From Vezdaea acicularis (taxonomy: Eukaryota), in contig JAPEUI010000021.1 in assembly GCA_026025075.1 (NCBI GenBank), positions 124,001 through 188,000 on the forward strand: a DNA stretch of 64,000 nucleotides, given 5' to 3'. Below the pieces are notes generated by a model, which saw nothing but the letters and a program-made list of their open reading frames with translations, did not search any database and was not told the origin of the DNA. The translations under genes were made by a program, and so were the position numbers. Positions 10,980-25,617 of the stretch are shown one piece after another. Each line of letters opens with the position of its first letter. Positions within the stretch are counted from its first letter, which is position 1.

Positions 10980-12064
10980 CTGCTCTACGATTTCCTGAAG
11001 TCTCGATCATTTCCTGTGTGGGCTTTGGACATGAGTAAGTTTGGTCAAACTGTATCATGCTTATTGGGAGCATTAATCAAAGCCGCACATCGCATCGCAT
11101 CGCGGGCTCCGTCTAGCATAGTTGTTTCGATACTTTTCTGGCGATTATGATTGTTGTGAGGGCGAATGTGGGCTATATCACAGACTCACACGGTTAGGTA
11201 GAGATGGATAGAACACTGATAGATCAATCCATAATCGCATATGATATTGAGTCAAAGCGAATAGACACTAGTATATACTAGATTTGTGATATCATTCCTG
11301 CACAAACTTACTCCAAATGCTAAGCTCGCAGAAGCTGTAGCGTCCATTGCCAGGGCTTGATTAAGTTGAAAAAGATAGCTTGTCCCGAAAGAGTGGAGAA
11401 CTTGGGATATCCGTCGCTAATCACTCATTCTGGGAACCCCCTACTCCTCCCCCTTCCTTCCCCTGGAGACGTTTCAAGTCAGCTACACTCAACGCCAGCG
11501 ACCCAGCGCACCACCCGCCAAAGGGATACGGAGAGAGACATATTGCATAAGCTTTAGTATCTCTATATCAGAAGTGATGAGCAGAAGGGCAGATGCAACT
11601 TTAGGACAGGGATCTTAGGAAGGAGTATCTGAAAAGGGGGACCGGGGCGAATTAAACATGTATCTACTCCCCACTAGATATAGACCCATGAGTTTAAGCG
11701 GCCTGGGCGAAAGCAGCTCCTTCGTACTTCCCGGCATAAATCACACATCGCATCAGAGTCAAAAGGACAGTTTTCTAGATTCCTGATTCGAGTTGCTATC
11801 CGCGACTATAAAATCCATCAGGGCGGACACGCAACGCGTGACCCCGCCTCAAGTCATACCGACCGAGCATGATGGCCATAGCAGACTTCCAACAAGTCGC
11901 CGAGGAGATGACCGACGCAGCAAAATCCCCATCCAGGATGGCATACCGCCGTAAAAATGCCTTCACCGAAGAAGGACTTCCGAGAGCCCGAAAACACCGT
12001 CCACGCTATGCGATCCCGATTCCATACCGCCAAGAGCCTGAACTCCACTACAGAAAGGAAAGAC

Positions 12065-15000
12065 CTAGAGGTGCTCGTCCAGACGTGAAATGCCCGTCCG
12101 CAGACCCCGTCCCCATGAGAAGACGGCCATGCTGTCTTCGGTTTCAGAGTCGTAGTCCTCCTCGCGCACGACTATCTCCTTGGCCGTTGCGCTGGTAGCC
12201 TTGTCCGCAGTTGTGGCCGCAGCCGAAGTAGCGGCCGTAGCGGTAGCCGTAGCAGAAGCCGAAGCCACAGCAGCATTAGCATTGGCAGCCGCCGTCGCCG
12301 CCATCGCCGCAGGACTAGGCGCCAGCGGTATTGCACCGGCCCCACGATCCGGCACAACCTGCCCGGCCTTGTACCTCTGCAAGCCTTCCTCCACCAAGAT
12401 CTGTGTCGGCCTGCTCCCCCTTCTCAACGAACTGATTCTCTTCTTCTCAGCCTCCTCTTCCATGAACTTCAACTTCTCCTTGCGCAGGGTGCCAGGACGA
12501 CAATCGCAGCCGCAGCCACTAACAGGACACTCGCCGCCGGATACGTCGAGGCTGAACCAGGAATCCATGCAGTCCATGTGCCCGCCGTGCGCGCAGCTCT
12601 GGCACCATGCCCATAGCTTGCCTCCTTCCGACTCATTGCACACGATGCACGGGGCCGATGGCAGCGCGCACCTCTTGCAGTATCTGGGCATAGCCTCAGC
12701 CTGGTCCCTGCGTGGGCGCTGGCACGTCAGGCAGGTCCACTTGAGGGCGATGTCGCGGGTATAAGTGTTGACTAGACGCTTGTGGATCGGGTCCGGGCCA
12801 ACAAGCAGTCGGAGATAGGCGGCGTCGGTGAAGAGCGAGCGGTGGATAAGGCTGTCGTGGTAGGCACGCACGAGAAAGGATAGCTGCACAGGGTTGACTT
12901 CCGAGGGAAAAATTTGGCGGACGAGGAGCAACAACGTGGTGGCTGCTTGGACGTCGTAGTCGGGGGGCCCAAGAAGGCTGCTTAGCAGGGCCTTCATGAC
13001 GGATGGAAGGGATAGGAAGACCGCTGTGTTGGCTTCATAGGTAATTTCCTCCTCGTATAGATTGCCTGTACCTTTGATCAGCTTTAGCAGAGGGAGGAAA
13101 TCGTCATCGATGAAGTTTGGATTCTCCTCATTGGAAGGTTGGAGGGTGTTCTTGGAGCTCTCCACAGCAGGTGGTTCATTTTGGAGGGGTTCTTGAACAT
13201 CCTGCTTTGAGGGTTCATGCGTTGGAAGCAGCGAGGAAGAGAGTACGATTGGCGGCGCACTCCTTGGAATCTTCTTTTCAGCCTTTGGCAACATATAAGT
13301 CTGCTCCCTCTGCTTCATCAATGCTTTGCTTCCTTCAGGAGTTGACTCGGATTCGATACTAGAGGCGTTGAAGATGTCTGGGATGGGTTCTGTGCCTATG
13401 CTCTTGAAGCTGTCGCTGGAAGGTATTCCCTCCTCCTCAAAACTCATGCGTCCAATTCGCATGTCATCGCTATCGAATGAAGTAGGCCCAGTCATCCTGT
13501 AGCTTTCAGGAGACGGGGTCGATTGTGTAAACTTAAAGCCCTCGCCGCTACTTTGAGACGGTTGAAAGGAATTTGGGTCATAGGAATCGGAGGCCAGCCC
13601 AGCGTTCATATCCAGCCTCCCAGTTGGGCTTCCGTCATGAACAGCTTGAGACTGATGTGATAGCTTCCTCGGACTAATCCCTTTGGCTTTGGGAATCCAG
13701 CGAGCGCCACCATGTCGAATCGAATCCTGGCTGCTAGCTAGCTGTAGCTTGTGCTCTTCGAAGTGAACGGATGGTCCCGATAGTTGAATCTCATCGCCGA
13801 TTTCGATGTTTGGCAGTTGAACTTGTGAACTTGTAGCCTCAGGGGAGTCTGGAAGAGGTCGAGCAAGAGGAGTCGCCATGCTGGACCCAATCTCTGTTCT
13901 CTCTCTCACAGGGGATTTCAAGGTATCTTCCCTTTGATGGCTGGCATTGTCTGCCTGTTCCCCGGACTCTCTAGATGCCTTCAGAAGCCGCACCTTTCTC
14001 TTGGCCGTTGCTCTCGCCCTAACCTCAAGCATGAAAATCTGGCGGATGATTCTCCAAGATTGAGCTAGACGATAATGCTGAATGTTCTGAGCTGCTAAGG
14101 CGTTGGATTCAAAATACTCTTCCATTCGAGCCTCTAATCCTTGAGCTTGAGCCTCCGCCGAAAGCTCTGGCGGCAAAAAGGTCGCTATGTAGCGTTCTGC
14201 CAGATAGCGAAACTCTGCTGGGTCTAGAGAGGTGATATTCCGGACTATTGCTTCCACTTGTTCCGGACGGAATAGCGTTCCTAAGAGCATGGCAGCCTCC
14301 ATGTTCGAAGCTATAGGGTTTATTGAGGGAGGGGTGCTCGTCTGGGACTTCGAGGGGGATTTTGCATCAATCACGTGTTTGGGCCGGCGACGAAAGGAGG
14401 AGCCAAAGAAGCCAGACTCCAGGCTGTCATCTGCCCCACCGTCCGCTGCACCCTCGCTACCACTGAGCTTTTCTCCGCTACTACCCTTCTCCTTGCTGCT
14501 AGCGCTAAGATCACCTATTTCCGCATTACCATTCATACTAGATGCCCGGCGTTTAGGCCGTCTTTGCAGAGAAATGATAGCTTCTCCGAAGTGGGCACAG
14601 TCAAGAGCTTGGATACTTCTTCTATCGAAAATCTTCGGAGCGAAATGTATGTCGGTTTGCGTGAAGATTCCTTCGTTCCCTACTGACCATAACAAGTCTT
14701 CGGAATGCCAGAGCAAGCCAGTGGGCGCAGTTGCGAATCGATCAATCTCCCTGAACGGTACGTATGGTCTCCTGAAGTCCCAAAGATGGACTCGTGAATC
14801 GAAACGCGCATATGATGTGACTAACTGTGTCGATTCCCAGCCACCGGATGACTGGGCCCTGGCCGACCAAGCTAAGGGGCGCCACCGCAGCTTAGCTACT
14901 GGCTGTGGTGCCCCAAAGAACCATGCCGGCTTCTGTCGCTTATCGCCACTGAGATTCCACACCTTTACGGATCTATCCATGGAACCACTGGCGAGATGTT

Positions 15001-15959
15001 TGCCATCTGGGTGGAAGTCAATGGTCAAACACGTCTCTGAATGTGCATTTATGCGTAGCAGAGGTGCGTGGTTCGATCGAATATCCCAGCTTTGAATCAT
15101 TCCATTGTCAGTTCCGCAGGCGAATTGGACGGCATCGCCGGGCGACCATTTGACTTCACGGATACCATCAGCATTGGTCTTGAACTTCGTCCTGCTGTGC
15201 CAAGTGATAGCGCCCCTTGCCCGGTCCATAGATCTCAGATCCCAGAGCCTGACCATGCCATCCTGATCCCCTGAGAGAAGGAGGTAGCCGCCATTCGGAT
15301 TAAAGTCCAGAGAGTGTACCTGGCGCTGATGTTCATGGATACGACCAAGTTCAACTCCGGCTCGGTTGATATCATAAACGACTATCTTTCCGTTGTTTGC
15401 TGCCGTCGCAATGGTATTTGCGAACTGGCCACTAGACCATTTCACGTCTACAGCCGCAAGTTGTTCTCTGATTCTTCCCGGAACATTGTTAAAGTTACTG
15501 TGGGCAGAGTTGTATGCAATGATCCCCGCTCGTAAGTTAAACTCTTCGGTACAGCTCGGACCAGCAATCCGGACGGTTTTAAGAATCTCTCGACCAGCAA
15601 GCACGACATGAGTTCGAGATGGGGAGATATCAAGAGCCGCAATGGGAATGCCCGTTTTGTGTGTCGTCGTTTGTGAGGACGGCAAACTATGACTATCAGA
15701 ACCGACTGAGACACAACCATGAAGGGAAGGAGGCTAACCTTAGGTTCCTTGGGACGCTTGTAGGAGCTATTCGCTCGCCCACCGGCTCTGGACGATGTTC
15801 ATGTGCACTCGGCGGCCGCGAGCTCCCTCCAATGAAGGGTTGTGCGAAGCGAACGATAGCGTTCGTCGCCCGCTGCGCGTATCGCTGAGGCGGAAGAGGA
15901 GGTGCAGGAGGCGGTACACCAGCAAAAGAGGTCGAACGAGACTGAAAAGCATCAGACAT
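12065..15959 (-). CDS. RTC1: SEA/GATOR2 complex subunit Rtc1/Sea2 (WDR24 orthologue)
   Basis: Exons 15959-15739 and 15686-12065; intron 15738-15687. N-terminal WD40 repeats (HEHQRQVHSLDFNP, LSGDQDGMVRLWDLR, VHLWDFRRPYVP) and a C-terminal zinc-ribbon/RING (CIVC...WCQSCAHGGHMDCMDSWF...CPVSGCGCDC). Confidence 0.93.
12181..12312 (-). repeat. Imperfect GCN/ACN codon repeat encoding an Ala/Thr tract in the Rtc1 C-terminal tail
   Basis: Encodes AAMAATAAANANAAVASASATATATAATSAAATTADKATSATA. Confidence 0.7.
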
Positions 15960-16734
15960 GGTTCAATGTCTGTTGAATCGCCGCGGCAACCAGATCGTGA
16001 AAGGGGGAACGTTTTGGTTAGGGCAAGGGCATGCTTGGTTCGGTCAGGAAGCCATCATGGGAGGAGGTCGACAGATGCCATCAGGAACCAGGCCAAGCTG
16101 CGCGTTGACCCGGAGAGAACTGCAGAGCACTGTGGAGTGCGGCATTCACGCAAACGGCTGGCGGCGGGTAACACCGGGTAGGGCTGGAGGTGACTGTTGT
16201 TGTGAGTGGTTGGGTCAAGAACAGGTCGATGAACACAGAACAAGCAGGGCGATGCCACTGTCGATGGATGGACGGACGTCGGGCGAGCCTCCTCTCGCTT
16301 TGGTGGGCGGCCCCAGGCACAGTCGGGACGACTGCCGGACGTGCATTAGTCAGCTGCACGGAAGCCGGGCTAATGGCCAGGCCTGGTCGCGCCTGCTCGC
16401 TCCTGGCCGCTCCCTCCGCGCCCTCGCGGTCCAGGCAGGATTTTAGCGCGGGGCCGGCTGCAGCTGCGGCACTCGGGATTCGAAGAGGGTGCAGAGACGC
16501 AGCGGCGCAGAGCGTGCAGAGCGCTCGCGGCGTGAACGTTCCCGCGCCCGGCCCCGCCACTCAGAGGGCAAGAGCCCGCCTCTCTGCGGTGCTCGCTGCA
16601 TCTACGTCTGCCAACACACGACCACAACCTCAAAAGCGCGCTCTCACCTTCTCTCCTCCTCCCCACCTCACCGCCCGTCCCTGCAGCGTCCCACCGACCA
16701 GGCAACTCCACCATGCGTTGAGCCCTTTGCCTCC

Positions 16735-16764
16735 TCGGTCTCGGTCTCGGTCTCAGTCTTGGTC
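16735..16764 (+). repeat. (TCGGTC)n hexanucleotide microsatellite in the HMT1 5' region
   Basis: tcggtc tcggtc tcggtc tcagtc ttggtc. Confidence 0.7.
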
Positions 16765-16853
16765 TGCCCCAAACCGCCAATCCCAGCTTGTGGATGGGAC
16801 GTTAGCGATTCGACCAATCATTCACGCCGCTGAGAAGAGCGGAACGACCAATC

Positions 16854-19800
16854 ATGGACTCAATCGACCGAACCCTTGCCCTCGACAGCAAGGCCGCAGC
16901 GCAACTTGCTGCCAGCGCGGATGTCTCAGGTCGCTGGCTCTCAGACCGGACGGCGAGGGGCGTCTTGGACGTCGTTCACTACGCATATCCGATCATTCTG
17001 CTCCTGGTGTTCCTGGTTGCTTTCACGGCGCATAGCATTGTCACGGCCCCGTCCAGCTCCACCGTTGGGAAAGCACAAGCCAAAAAGGGCCCGGGTGGCA
17101 AGCCTCTTCCTAAGAACACTTCTCCGTCTGCGAAGGAACAACTACGGAAGGAGAGCCTCGACTTCTCTTCTGCCCAGAAAACCCTCTTCAATTGGCTACT
17201 CCTTGGTGTGATTGTGACATTTGTCGGTAATGCCGTCAATATAGTTTCACACGCTCTCAAAGAGCAGCCCTGGTGGTGCGGCCAGGCCGTGGCTGTAAGT
17301 AGCCCTATTTCATATGATTGAGAAAAGGATACTGAAAAACGTTAACAGATCTATGTCATCTCATCCGTGTTCGTCTATGGCTTGGTTCTCCTGTCAATCC
17401 TTGACACCAAACCGGCCCCAACTTTGGCCCACGCGACCACATGGGGTATTGGCCTCATCCTTGAGCTGATACTACTGGGAGCGTCGATTTCAGTATACGC
17501 CACTCCACACCGAGAAGTCACTTCGGTCAAAGGGCATGAACCGCGCACTGTCAGAGGCCCTACTATATGGGAGGCTATTGAGATCACACTCAATGGGATT
17601 CGACTTGTTTTCTTAGTTGCGCTTTTGGCATTCTATGGAATATTTGCTGCTATAAGGTCTTCAAGAGAACGATCAAAGTCTGAAGAGCAAGCAAATGGGG
17701 TTTCAGAACATAGCAGGCTCCTTAATGGCCACAGTCAAAGTCATAGCGCTGACTATGGTTCGTCTAATGGATCTAATCCCGAATCTCCTGTGAAGCAAGA
17801 CGGAGAAGATGAAGTTGACCAAAAGAAGGACATTCAACCGGGATGGGTCCGTCCAAAGACAGCGCCTTCCAAAAGCTGGTGGGAATATCTGAAAGGATAT
17901 TCTCTATTTTTCCCATATTTATGGCCCGCCAATTCTCGAAAGCTGCAGCTTACTGTCATCATATGCTTCATCCTTGTGATGTTGCAACGATGGATCAACG
18001 CGCTAGTGCCATATCAAGTGGGAAAGGTAACGAACAAGTTATCTAGCAGGACCGGTACCTTCTCCGTGCCTTGGGGAGACATTTGTCTATTCATTTTCTA
18101 TAAGACGATGCAAGGCCCTGGAGGTATCTTGGGCGCTGTCCGATCCGTTCTGTGGATTCCTGTCAGTCAGTACTCTTTCAAGGCACTCTCCACGTCTTCA
18201 TTTGAGCACGTGCACGGTCTTAGTCTAGACTTTCATCTCGGCAAGAAAACAGGAGAGGTGCTCTCTGCACTCAGCAAGGGAAACTCGATCAACACCTTCT
18301 TGGAGCAGATAACCTTCTCAGTCGTACCAATGTTGATCGACTTGGGGGTCGCCATCACCTACTTTCTCGTTTACTTTGACGCTTATTACGCGCTTGTCAT
18401 ATCTATCGTGACATTCTGCTATTTATATCTCACCATTCGCTTAGCGCAATGGCGAGCGGAAGTTCGAAGAGAAATGACAAACCGTGATAGAGAACAAGAG
18501 GGTGTCAAGTAAGCACTCTCCTTGCCTAGCCGAACTCCCTGCAGCGAGCTAATGATGTGAAATAGAAATGACTCCATGGTTTCCTATGAGACAGTCAAGT
18601 ACTTCAATGCCGAGGCGTACGAGTTCGATCGTTACCGGGGAGCTGTGGAGAGACTATTAACGTCAGAGTATACGGTCTCTTCCTCGCTACAGGTCATGAA
18701 CGTCTCCCAGAATATGGTTTTCATGCTTGGCCTGCTCGTGACCTGCTTCATCGCAGCCTATCAAGTCACAACGGGTCAGCGCCGAGTTGGGGATTTCGTC
18801 TCTCTTCTGACCTATATGGCACAGCTTCAGCAGCCCTTGAATTTCTTCGGAACATTCTACAGGAGTATTCAGAGCGCGATGATCAACTCGGAGCGTCTAC
18901 TTGAGTTGTTCAAGGAGCAAGCCACTGTCGTTGATGGCCCAGATGTGGAGCCGCTGGTAAAGTGCGAGGGCGAGATTCGTTTCGACGATGTACAATTTTC
19001 CTATGACGAGAGAAAACCAGCCCTTAAGGGGCTCTCGTTCACTGCTGCTCCTGGCACGACAACAGCCCTTGTTGGCGAGTCCGGTGGTGGCAAGTCTACG
19101 GTGTTCAGACTACTATTTCGTTTCTATAACATTGACTCTGGACAAATTCTGATCGACGGCCACGATGTTCGCGACATCAGCATCGACTCGGTGAGAAGGC
19201 ACATTGGTGTTGTTCCCCAAGATACGGTTCTCTTCAACGAATCTCTCATGTACAATCTGAAATATGCAAATCAAGGCGTTACAGACGAGGAGGTTTACGA
19301 TGCGTGCCGAGCTGCCAGCATTCACGACAAGATCATGGGCTTTCCAGATAAGTATGCTACGAAGGTAGGAGAGCGGGGCCTCAGACTTAGCGGAGGCGAG
19401 AAGCAACGTGTCGCTATCGCGAGAACAATCCTGAAGAACCCGAAGATCATTCTGCTCGACGAAGCTACTGCAGCGTTGGACTCTGAGACCGAACAGCACA
19501 TCCAAGGCGCTCTGAGCACGTTGAGCGAGGGAAGAACCATGCTGGTTATCGCGTGAGTACCGTTGCAGCTTGCCTGTCTCGACCCTGAGTGATACTAACA
19601 CCGTGGGATCTTAGCCACCGCCTCTCAACCATCACCACCGCCGACCAAATCCTCGTCCTGTACAACGGCCAAGTGGTCGAAGCAGGCACGCATTCGAACC
19701 TGATCAACCGCAAAGGCCGCTACGCCAGCATGTGGCGCAAGCAGATCCGCGCCGAGCGAGCCGCCGAAGAAGCCCGCGTCCTCAAAGACCGCGCCGAGAT

Positions 19801-19930
19801 GCTGCGCAAAGAGCAGATCGGCATCGACAGCGTTGCGCCGAGCGAGAATGTCAGCGAGGACGAGAGCCATACTCACGGAAAAAAGAGCGATGGGAAGGGC
19901 ATGGATTCGTCACGAGCCCCGAACGCTTGA
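16854..19930 (+). CDS. HMT1: Heavy-metal tolerance half-size ABC transporter (Hmt1/ABCB6 family)
   Basis: Exons 16854-17294, 17349-18508, 18566-19552 and 19615-19930 join in frame. Extra N-terminal TM domain, LSLDFHLGKKTGEV, Walker A GESGGGKST, LSGGEKQRVAIAR, LLDEATAALD and IAHRLSTI. Confidence 0.96.
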
Positions 19931-22900
19931 ATGCGGTTTACTTGTGCACTTGCACTCATACACACACTCTTTCTCTCTACGGCTACGAGCGCGGCTCCTG
20001 GGACGCACACATACACGGCTAACGCATACACGGCATACCTCTTCACATGCAAACCGCTAGAAGATGGGTATTTCCACGGCCTTAGATCTCTCGCATCATC
20101 TCGCATCTTCCCCAGCATCCCGCGCACTCTTTTCTTCCCTCTACATAATAAAGAAACCCGGCACCACTGCATCATCCACAAGGAAAACACCCTCCGTCTA
20201 TTCCCGCCATCGAAAAAAAAGAAGCCTTCAACCTAATCAACAGACAACGCACCGATAGACATGGACTCCGCTTTCCCGTTTTTCCTTTTTCCTTCCTTCC
20301 TTCCTAGCTTTCAGGCACACTGACCGTAACGACGGCAATGGCTACATGACACTCATGACCGGGGGGTAGTTTGGGAGGCACCTTTGATCCTTTTCGTCTC
20401 GACACTTTTTCTTTGTCTTGACAACCGCTTGTTTTACAACATTGGCCGCCAGGCATTATCGGGGAGCAGTGCGCACTTTAGAGGAAAAAGAGGGTCCGCC
20501 AGAGCGATCTTGAAATTCGAGCTGATTGGCCCATTTTGTAGTCCCTCCTGCTTTTGCTGCATATGGCGCTGTGAAAGTGAATGTGAATGCGACATTTGAC
20601 CTGGGATGGGAATTTCTAAGTCTACACAGCCACCCTGACCAGCCTCAGCTCAGTTCTATCTGAGAGCAGCGATTCGGTCCTTCAAACGAGCTCAGCTGAA
20701 GTGGGCTCTATCCCTTTTCCCGAATGCGATCGTAATGATGATATTGGTTCTTGTCACATCCTCCCTCTCCCCCCATCTGCCTTCTTCTTCGATTGACCCA
20801 GGAGCTATGACACGCCTAAAAGAGAGGCACCATTATCTCCAAGGCGAGGTCGTTTGCGCCTTTCGGTCCAACTATAGCGCATCTACATCTGGGAAGCGGT
20901 ACTGGTCGGTGTAAGCTCCTACACATGGCACGGAATTCGGCGTTTCTCAAAAGCCGCCGTTATGTATTTGTGAACTATGGGCGAGGCTCCAGATTTTCTC
21001 AAGGTCGACCCTCGGCAACCCAAAGAAATGTTGCAGAGATGATTCAGTGAGATTGTACTCATCCCGTGCTTTGAGGTGCGCTTTTTCCACCAGGGCGGGT
21101 CATATAACTGATGGATTAGTACGACCAACCGCATGAACGTGCCGATCATTACGCGAAGATTGTAGTCTGTATCTGAATTGCAACAGACGTAGTTCGTTGC
21201 TTGACAAGTTTGTCTTCGGCACGAGTATGCGGTGACGTCGACGTAAAGTTAGATCCCATGGATCGACAGTTGGATATCGGCGTGGTACAGAAAGAAGGCA
21301 CTTGTTTGGTCGAAAAGCCCTCCCCTTTCCACGGTTTCTTGCCGTGGTTTCTTCATCTCACGTAGGCTTCCGAAGGGAAAGCGATGTTATTTTGCTGTCT
21401 CATACTGCCCAGAGACCCTTGTTGTTCTGACTAGAAGAAAGGTCACTGGGAGCTTCAGGCTCTGGCGTCGAATTGTCCGGAAATTCTGACAGATTGAAGC
21501 CAGCCCTTTCTATGAGGTCTCGTATGTTACCTTTTACACTTCATTTCAATCCAATTCTCCTCTCAACGTTCCAATCGAGTTTGAGGTCTGAAATATCAGG
21601 CGACCCTAAATATTACCCCAAATTTCATAGATCCTTTGGGAATCCGGTTCGACAGGTATTATTGCGGTGTTTTTTGGAGGAAAGTTTAGTTGAGGCTCTT
21701 CGATCAAGGCGAGACGGGACGATATTACTCTAGAACCAGTGAGATCGACACAACCGCCAGACCTCTATCATCTGAGCAAACGGTGTTACCCCCCGCGTCG
21801 AAATGGAAGCGTTCCTTGACCGAGGCAGGAGCAGAGCCCTGCGCCCGGGTAATCATCCTCTCAACATACTAAGTGATCAGATGATTAGAGTCAATGAACA
21901 GATGACGAAGTCTTGTGCTTTGAGCGGTGTTGGCTCACTCTCAATTACTACGTATATCCCCGAGCGTCATGCAATCTCCTGCGTGACGTCTACATCTTCT
22001 TTCTAAAGCATAAGCGAGCAAGTAGCGAAAATGCCATCAATGATGGAGACATGAGTCCTTTGTGTAGAACCCTGACCATTGTCGATTGAGATTCTCATGG
22101 GCGTACCTGATGATGTAGTATACCATCTTATAGTTCGGGAGCTGTGTTTGACTGATCCAGGAGCGTCAGCTTAGGGGATTGGACCTGACGGTAAAACTTG
22201 GTCGGTCAGTCTTGGACTCGCCCATTCGACTGGGCCCTTGATGTTGTTTCGTAACTTATCAACACAATGGAGACTTCTTTCCCATGACGACGGTTGTACC
22301 TACCCGTACCAGCCTTGTGGACTCTAAATAGCCAGTAGAGGAGCGTGCGCCATGATGGAGACACACTCGGTTTTACGATCAAGCTAGCCTGCCGAAATAG
22401 CTTCAAATCCATACCGCACACAGCGGTGAGTCAGGGCCATAATCTGATTTTATTCGGGGCGAAGAGCAACTTTAACGATTCTAATTCAGCGCGGATGGTT
22501 TGAATGATGGGATACAGCATCCCGTTGCTTTCATCCTTGACTCCGCCACGACGTAGTGTTTGACAGTGATCTCATGGCTACCACTAAAATAAATTAAACC
22601 GCTTAGCCAAGCACTTAATTTCGAGCACATCGATATTGAATCCGAAGCTACCAGAAAGGATCTTTCTTTCCTTCACCCTCTTCACAAGGGAAACATTGGC
22701 CATTTCACAGAAGGAAGAGCCGGCGCGTATCTTTGCCTCTCCAAAGTCTTGCCGGCCGTAAAGCACTTCCGCACGGAAGCCGGACCAAACTTCTCAAGAA
22801 CTGGCGACGGCCTTGGCTTGCTGGAACGAGCAAGGGAGTTTGACATGTGGTGCACGTGTACTGTGAAGCCCTATGGCGTGCTTGTAAACAAATTTAGGAC

Positions 22901-25580
22901 CTAGGTACACTCACGCTTGAAAAGCCTGTGCCTGTGGCGCGGCATCCTGTGGCAGTTCCGTGGCGACCGTTTCATACGGCCGTCGGCTGCGGGTTGTTTC
23001 CAGAGCTGGAGTCCCGGCGTCAGTCGTTACGCACCTGCTTCCCATTAGTCAACTCGGATAGGGTCCTTGCCTGCGAGATGTAGGCCGTGTAATATGCAGG
23101 TCTTTGCGAGGACGAAGGGCCCTTGCGCCAGCGATAGGCGCATAATTCTTCTGCATAAAAATCTGACCCGTTGGCTCATCTCTCCCTGGGCCCCTTGTTG
23201 ATCGTGATTGTTGAGCATCCGTTGAGGACATGCTTATTGGGAAGCGGCCCCTCCACGTTTTGCAGCGGGAAAGGAGCTCGGCTCCTCCTGGATCCTAGGG
23301 TGTATCATCCAGATTGATCGGATTGAGTCACGCAATCACCCCATGATCTTTCCGCATCGGATATGAAGGAACTTCATGTCCGATAGTATCCAGCTGCATG
23401 TAGGAGATTGGATGCTGATCGAGCAGCGGAAAGGAAAAATAAAGGAGACGTGGCAGAGAAGAAGGGGAAGGATTAAGAGAGAGGCGGACGTCGGGGGGTC
23501 CCGTTGACGAACCAGTGTCCTGGACATGTATGTGCGTGAGATGTGTGCAAGGGTAGAAAAGCGTACCAAGTGGAGACAGGTATGCGCCGTCGGATTGTCA
23601 TTTCAGGCAAGACACGGAGTCCAAACAGAACGACGCTGGTGATACGGCTAGATGTTGAACTTGCGGGCGAGAATTCTATAAATATGGAGGCACACTTGCA
23701 TGAAAGTTCGCGCCACAGTCAAAGATCCGGTCTTGGCTGTACCTCATGCGCAGCTCTATCCATGAAAAATGCGCATAGGATCGAAGATCTTCACGTGCAT
23801 TGCAGATTGCATTAGGTGCAACCTTGTCCGTGACGAACGCCTGGTCTTTCCTCATTGCCAACAGTCATTAGATGTCCGTAGCAGGAGCAGGATGATCTGC
23901 CCAGCTTTAGCCGCGATTCATGCATCCAAGGCCGTTCTGAGAAAGTCGATAGAAGAATGCTGAGGGCGACGAGATTTCTTCCGGGTTCCTTGCTACTAGA
24001 CAAAAAACTTGATCATCTGAACATGGCAGAAGTGAGATGGAGACCAGTCATGAGCAGAGAGGACTCGAAGATAGATTGGTATCATCTTTGAGCCAAGCCG
24101 GGACGGAATGATCGCAGCCGGTAAAAGGCCCAGGTTTCGGATAGAGCGGGCCCTCCTTGAAGTAAAGTTCCAGGGGAGATGGTCCTCCCCATTCAATTGG
24201 CTGTAGATACTCCGGAATTGACTCCCCAGCTTAGCTGAAGGGATCCAAATGACCCTATCTTCCACGACTATAGGGCCTCCAATGAGAGGATTGCATCACC
24301 CGTTTTGACTGATGTCCTGAACGGAGTAAGCCTCGACCTAGCAATAACCAATTAACAGCCTCCTTCCGGTGGCCGTATACCCCGATCTATGAAGGTGAGG
24401 CCAACAGCTCTAGAACAGTCTGCGTCAGCTTTCCCTGTCAGACTCCATCATAAATTTGCATCCACACCTACCGCTGCTATGTGCTGGCACACAGCTTGGC
24501 TGAGTCCATGCCCCCCCCCCCTGGTCCTCTAGGTCTCGTAGGGCGCACGGCCCCCACAAGCGTATGGTGCCGCGCGAGTGTCTGAATAGAAGGCGCGCGA
24601 TTGCGTTTAGGAAGCGGAACACCACTCAGTATTGGGGGGATCTAACTCCTTCGACTATCAGGTTATAGCCCACACCTCTTGGCAATGGCGCTTGAGCGGT
24701 ATAATTAGAGCACACGCAGCGTCTCCATCTCAGCCGGCAGCTGAACAACAGGGGACGGTCAAACTGTCCAATTGGATCACCTTCCGGATCAGTCAACGCG
24801 TCTGAGCTAAGCAAGGTCTGTCGCCGGTAAGACAAGTAAACCGCGTAGAAGCCAAACCGTGTTAAGCTTGGATCGGATTTGGAATTTAGCCTTTGGTGGA
24901 ACTCGGGGAAGTATCTCCTGTGTCGACTTGCCACAATGCGGACGATCAGTACCAAGCATTGCGCGCACCTCTACTGCAGCGCCGATCCATTAAGGGAGTT
25001 CTCGAGTTCCTCTTATCCAGACAATAGAGCGGTGCCGAGGGTAAGCTTCATCCGGTTGAACGTAACATCACACCACACCAGCGCCGGGTCCTGCATGTTG
25101 CGGCTCCATCATCTCAGCTAAGTCAGCCTCTTAGCTCAATCTTCTCGTTTCCGCGTGGTTGGAGTCCGATCCCCGGCGAAGATTATGTCCAACACGGACT
25201 GCAATGCCATGATCAGCATCGGCGAAGAAGGCCTTGCCCCGTCTATGAGGCCTATCGGATTCATTGGAGCGGTTGGGTCGAGCTGAACCTCAGTGATCTG
25301 CAACGATGTCATCGGATGGTCTAGGCCGGAGTAGACCGTGGCGTTGCGTGGCTTCAGATAGACGAGGAGCGGGAGACATGGTACAGAACTCGTTTCTCCT
25401 CGGGGACAGAGTGCGGATCGTCGATGCATCTGCTTGCCGAGCGTCTGTAGGCCTGTGGCATTTCAGCCCAGAACTCATGAAGGAAGAGTTTTCGAAATGC
25501 ATTGCATTTGAGACAGTAGCCTGTGAACGAAGGATAAGAGTGGAGTTTTGATGATGGCCCGGCGCACTGGATATGATGGA

Positions 25581-25617
25581 GGAAGGAAGGTAGGAAGGAA
25601 CGAAGGAAGGAAGGAAG
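25581..25617 (+). repeat. Imperfect (GGAA)n microsatellite
   Basis: ggaaggaaggtaggaaggaacgaaggaaggaaggaag. Confidence 0.8.

Noticed and set aside
11869..12198. 109-aa plus-strand ORF overlapping the RTC1 3' end
   Set aside because: No recognisable domain; lies antisense to the RTC1 tail and UTR and cannot be supported without expression data.
12180..15095. Long plus-strand ORFs (194 aa, 287 aa)
   Set aside because: Antisense shadows of RTC1.
15958..17035. Multiple Arg/Ala-rich ORFs between RTC1 and HMT1
   Set aside because: GC-rich divergent promoter and leader sequence gives spurious ORFs.
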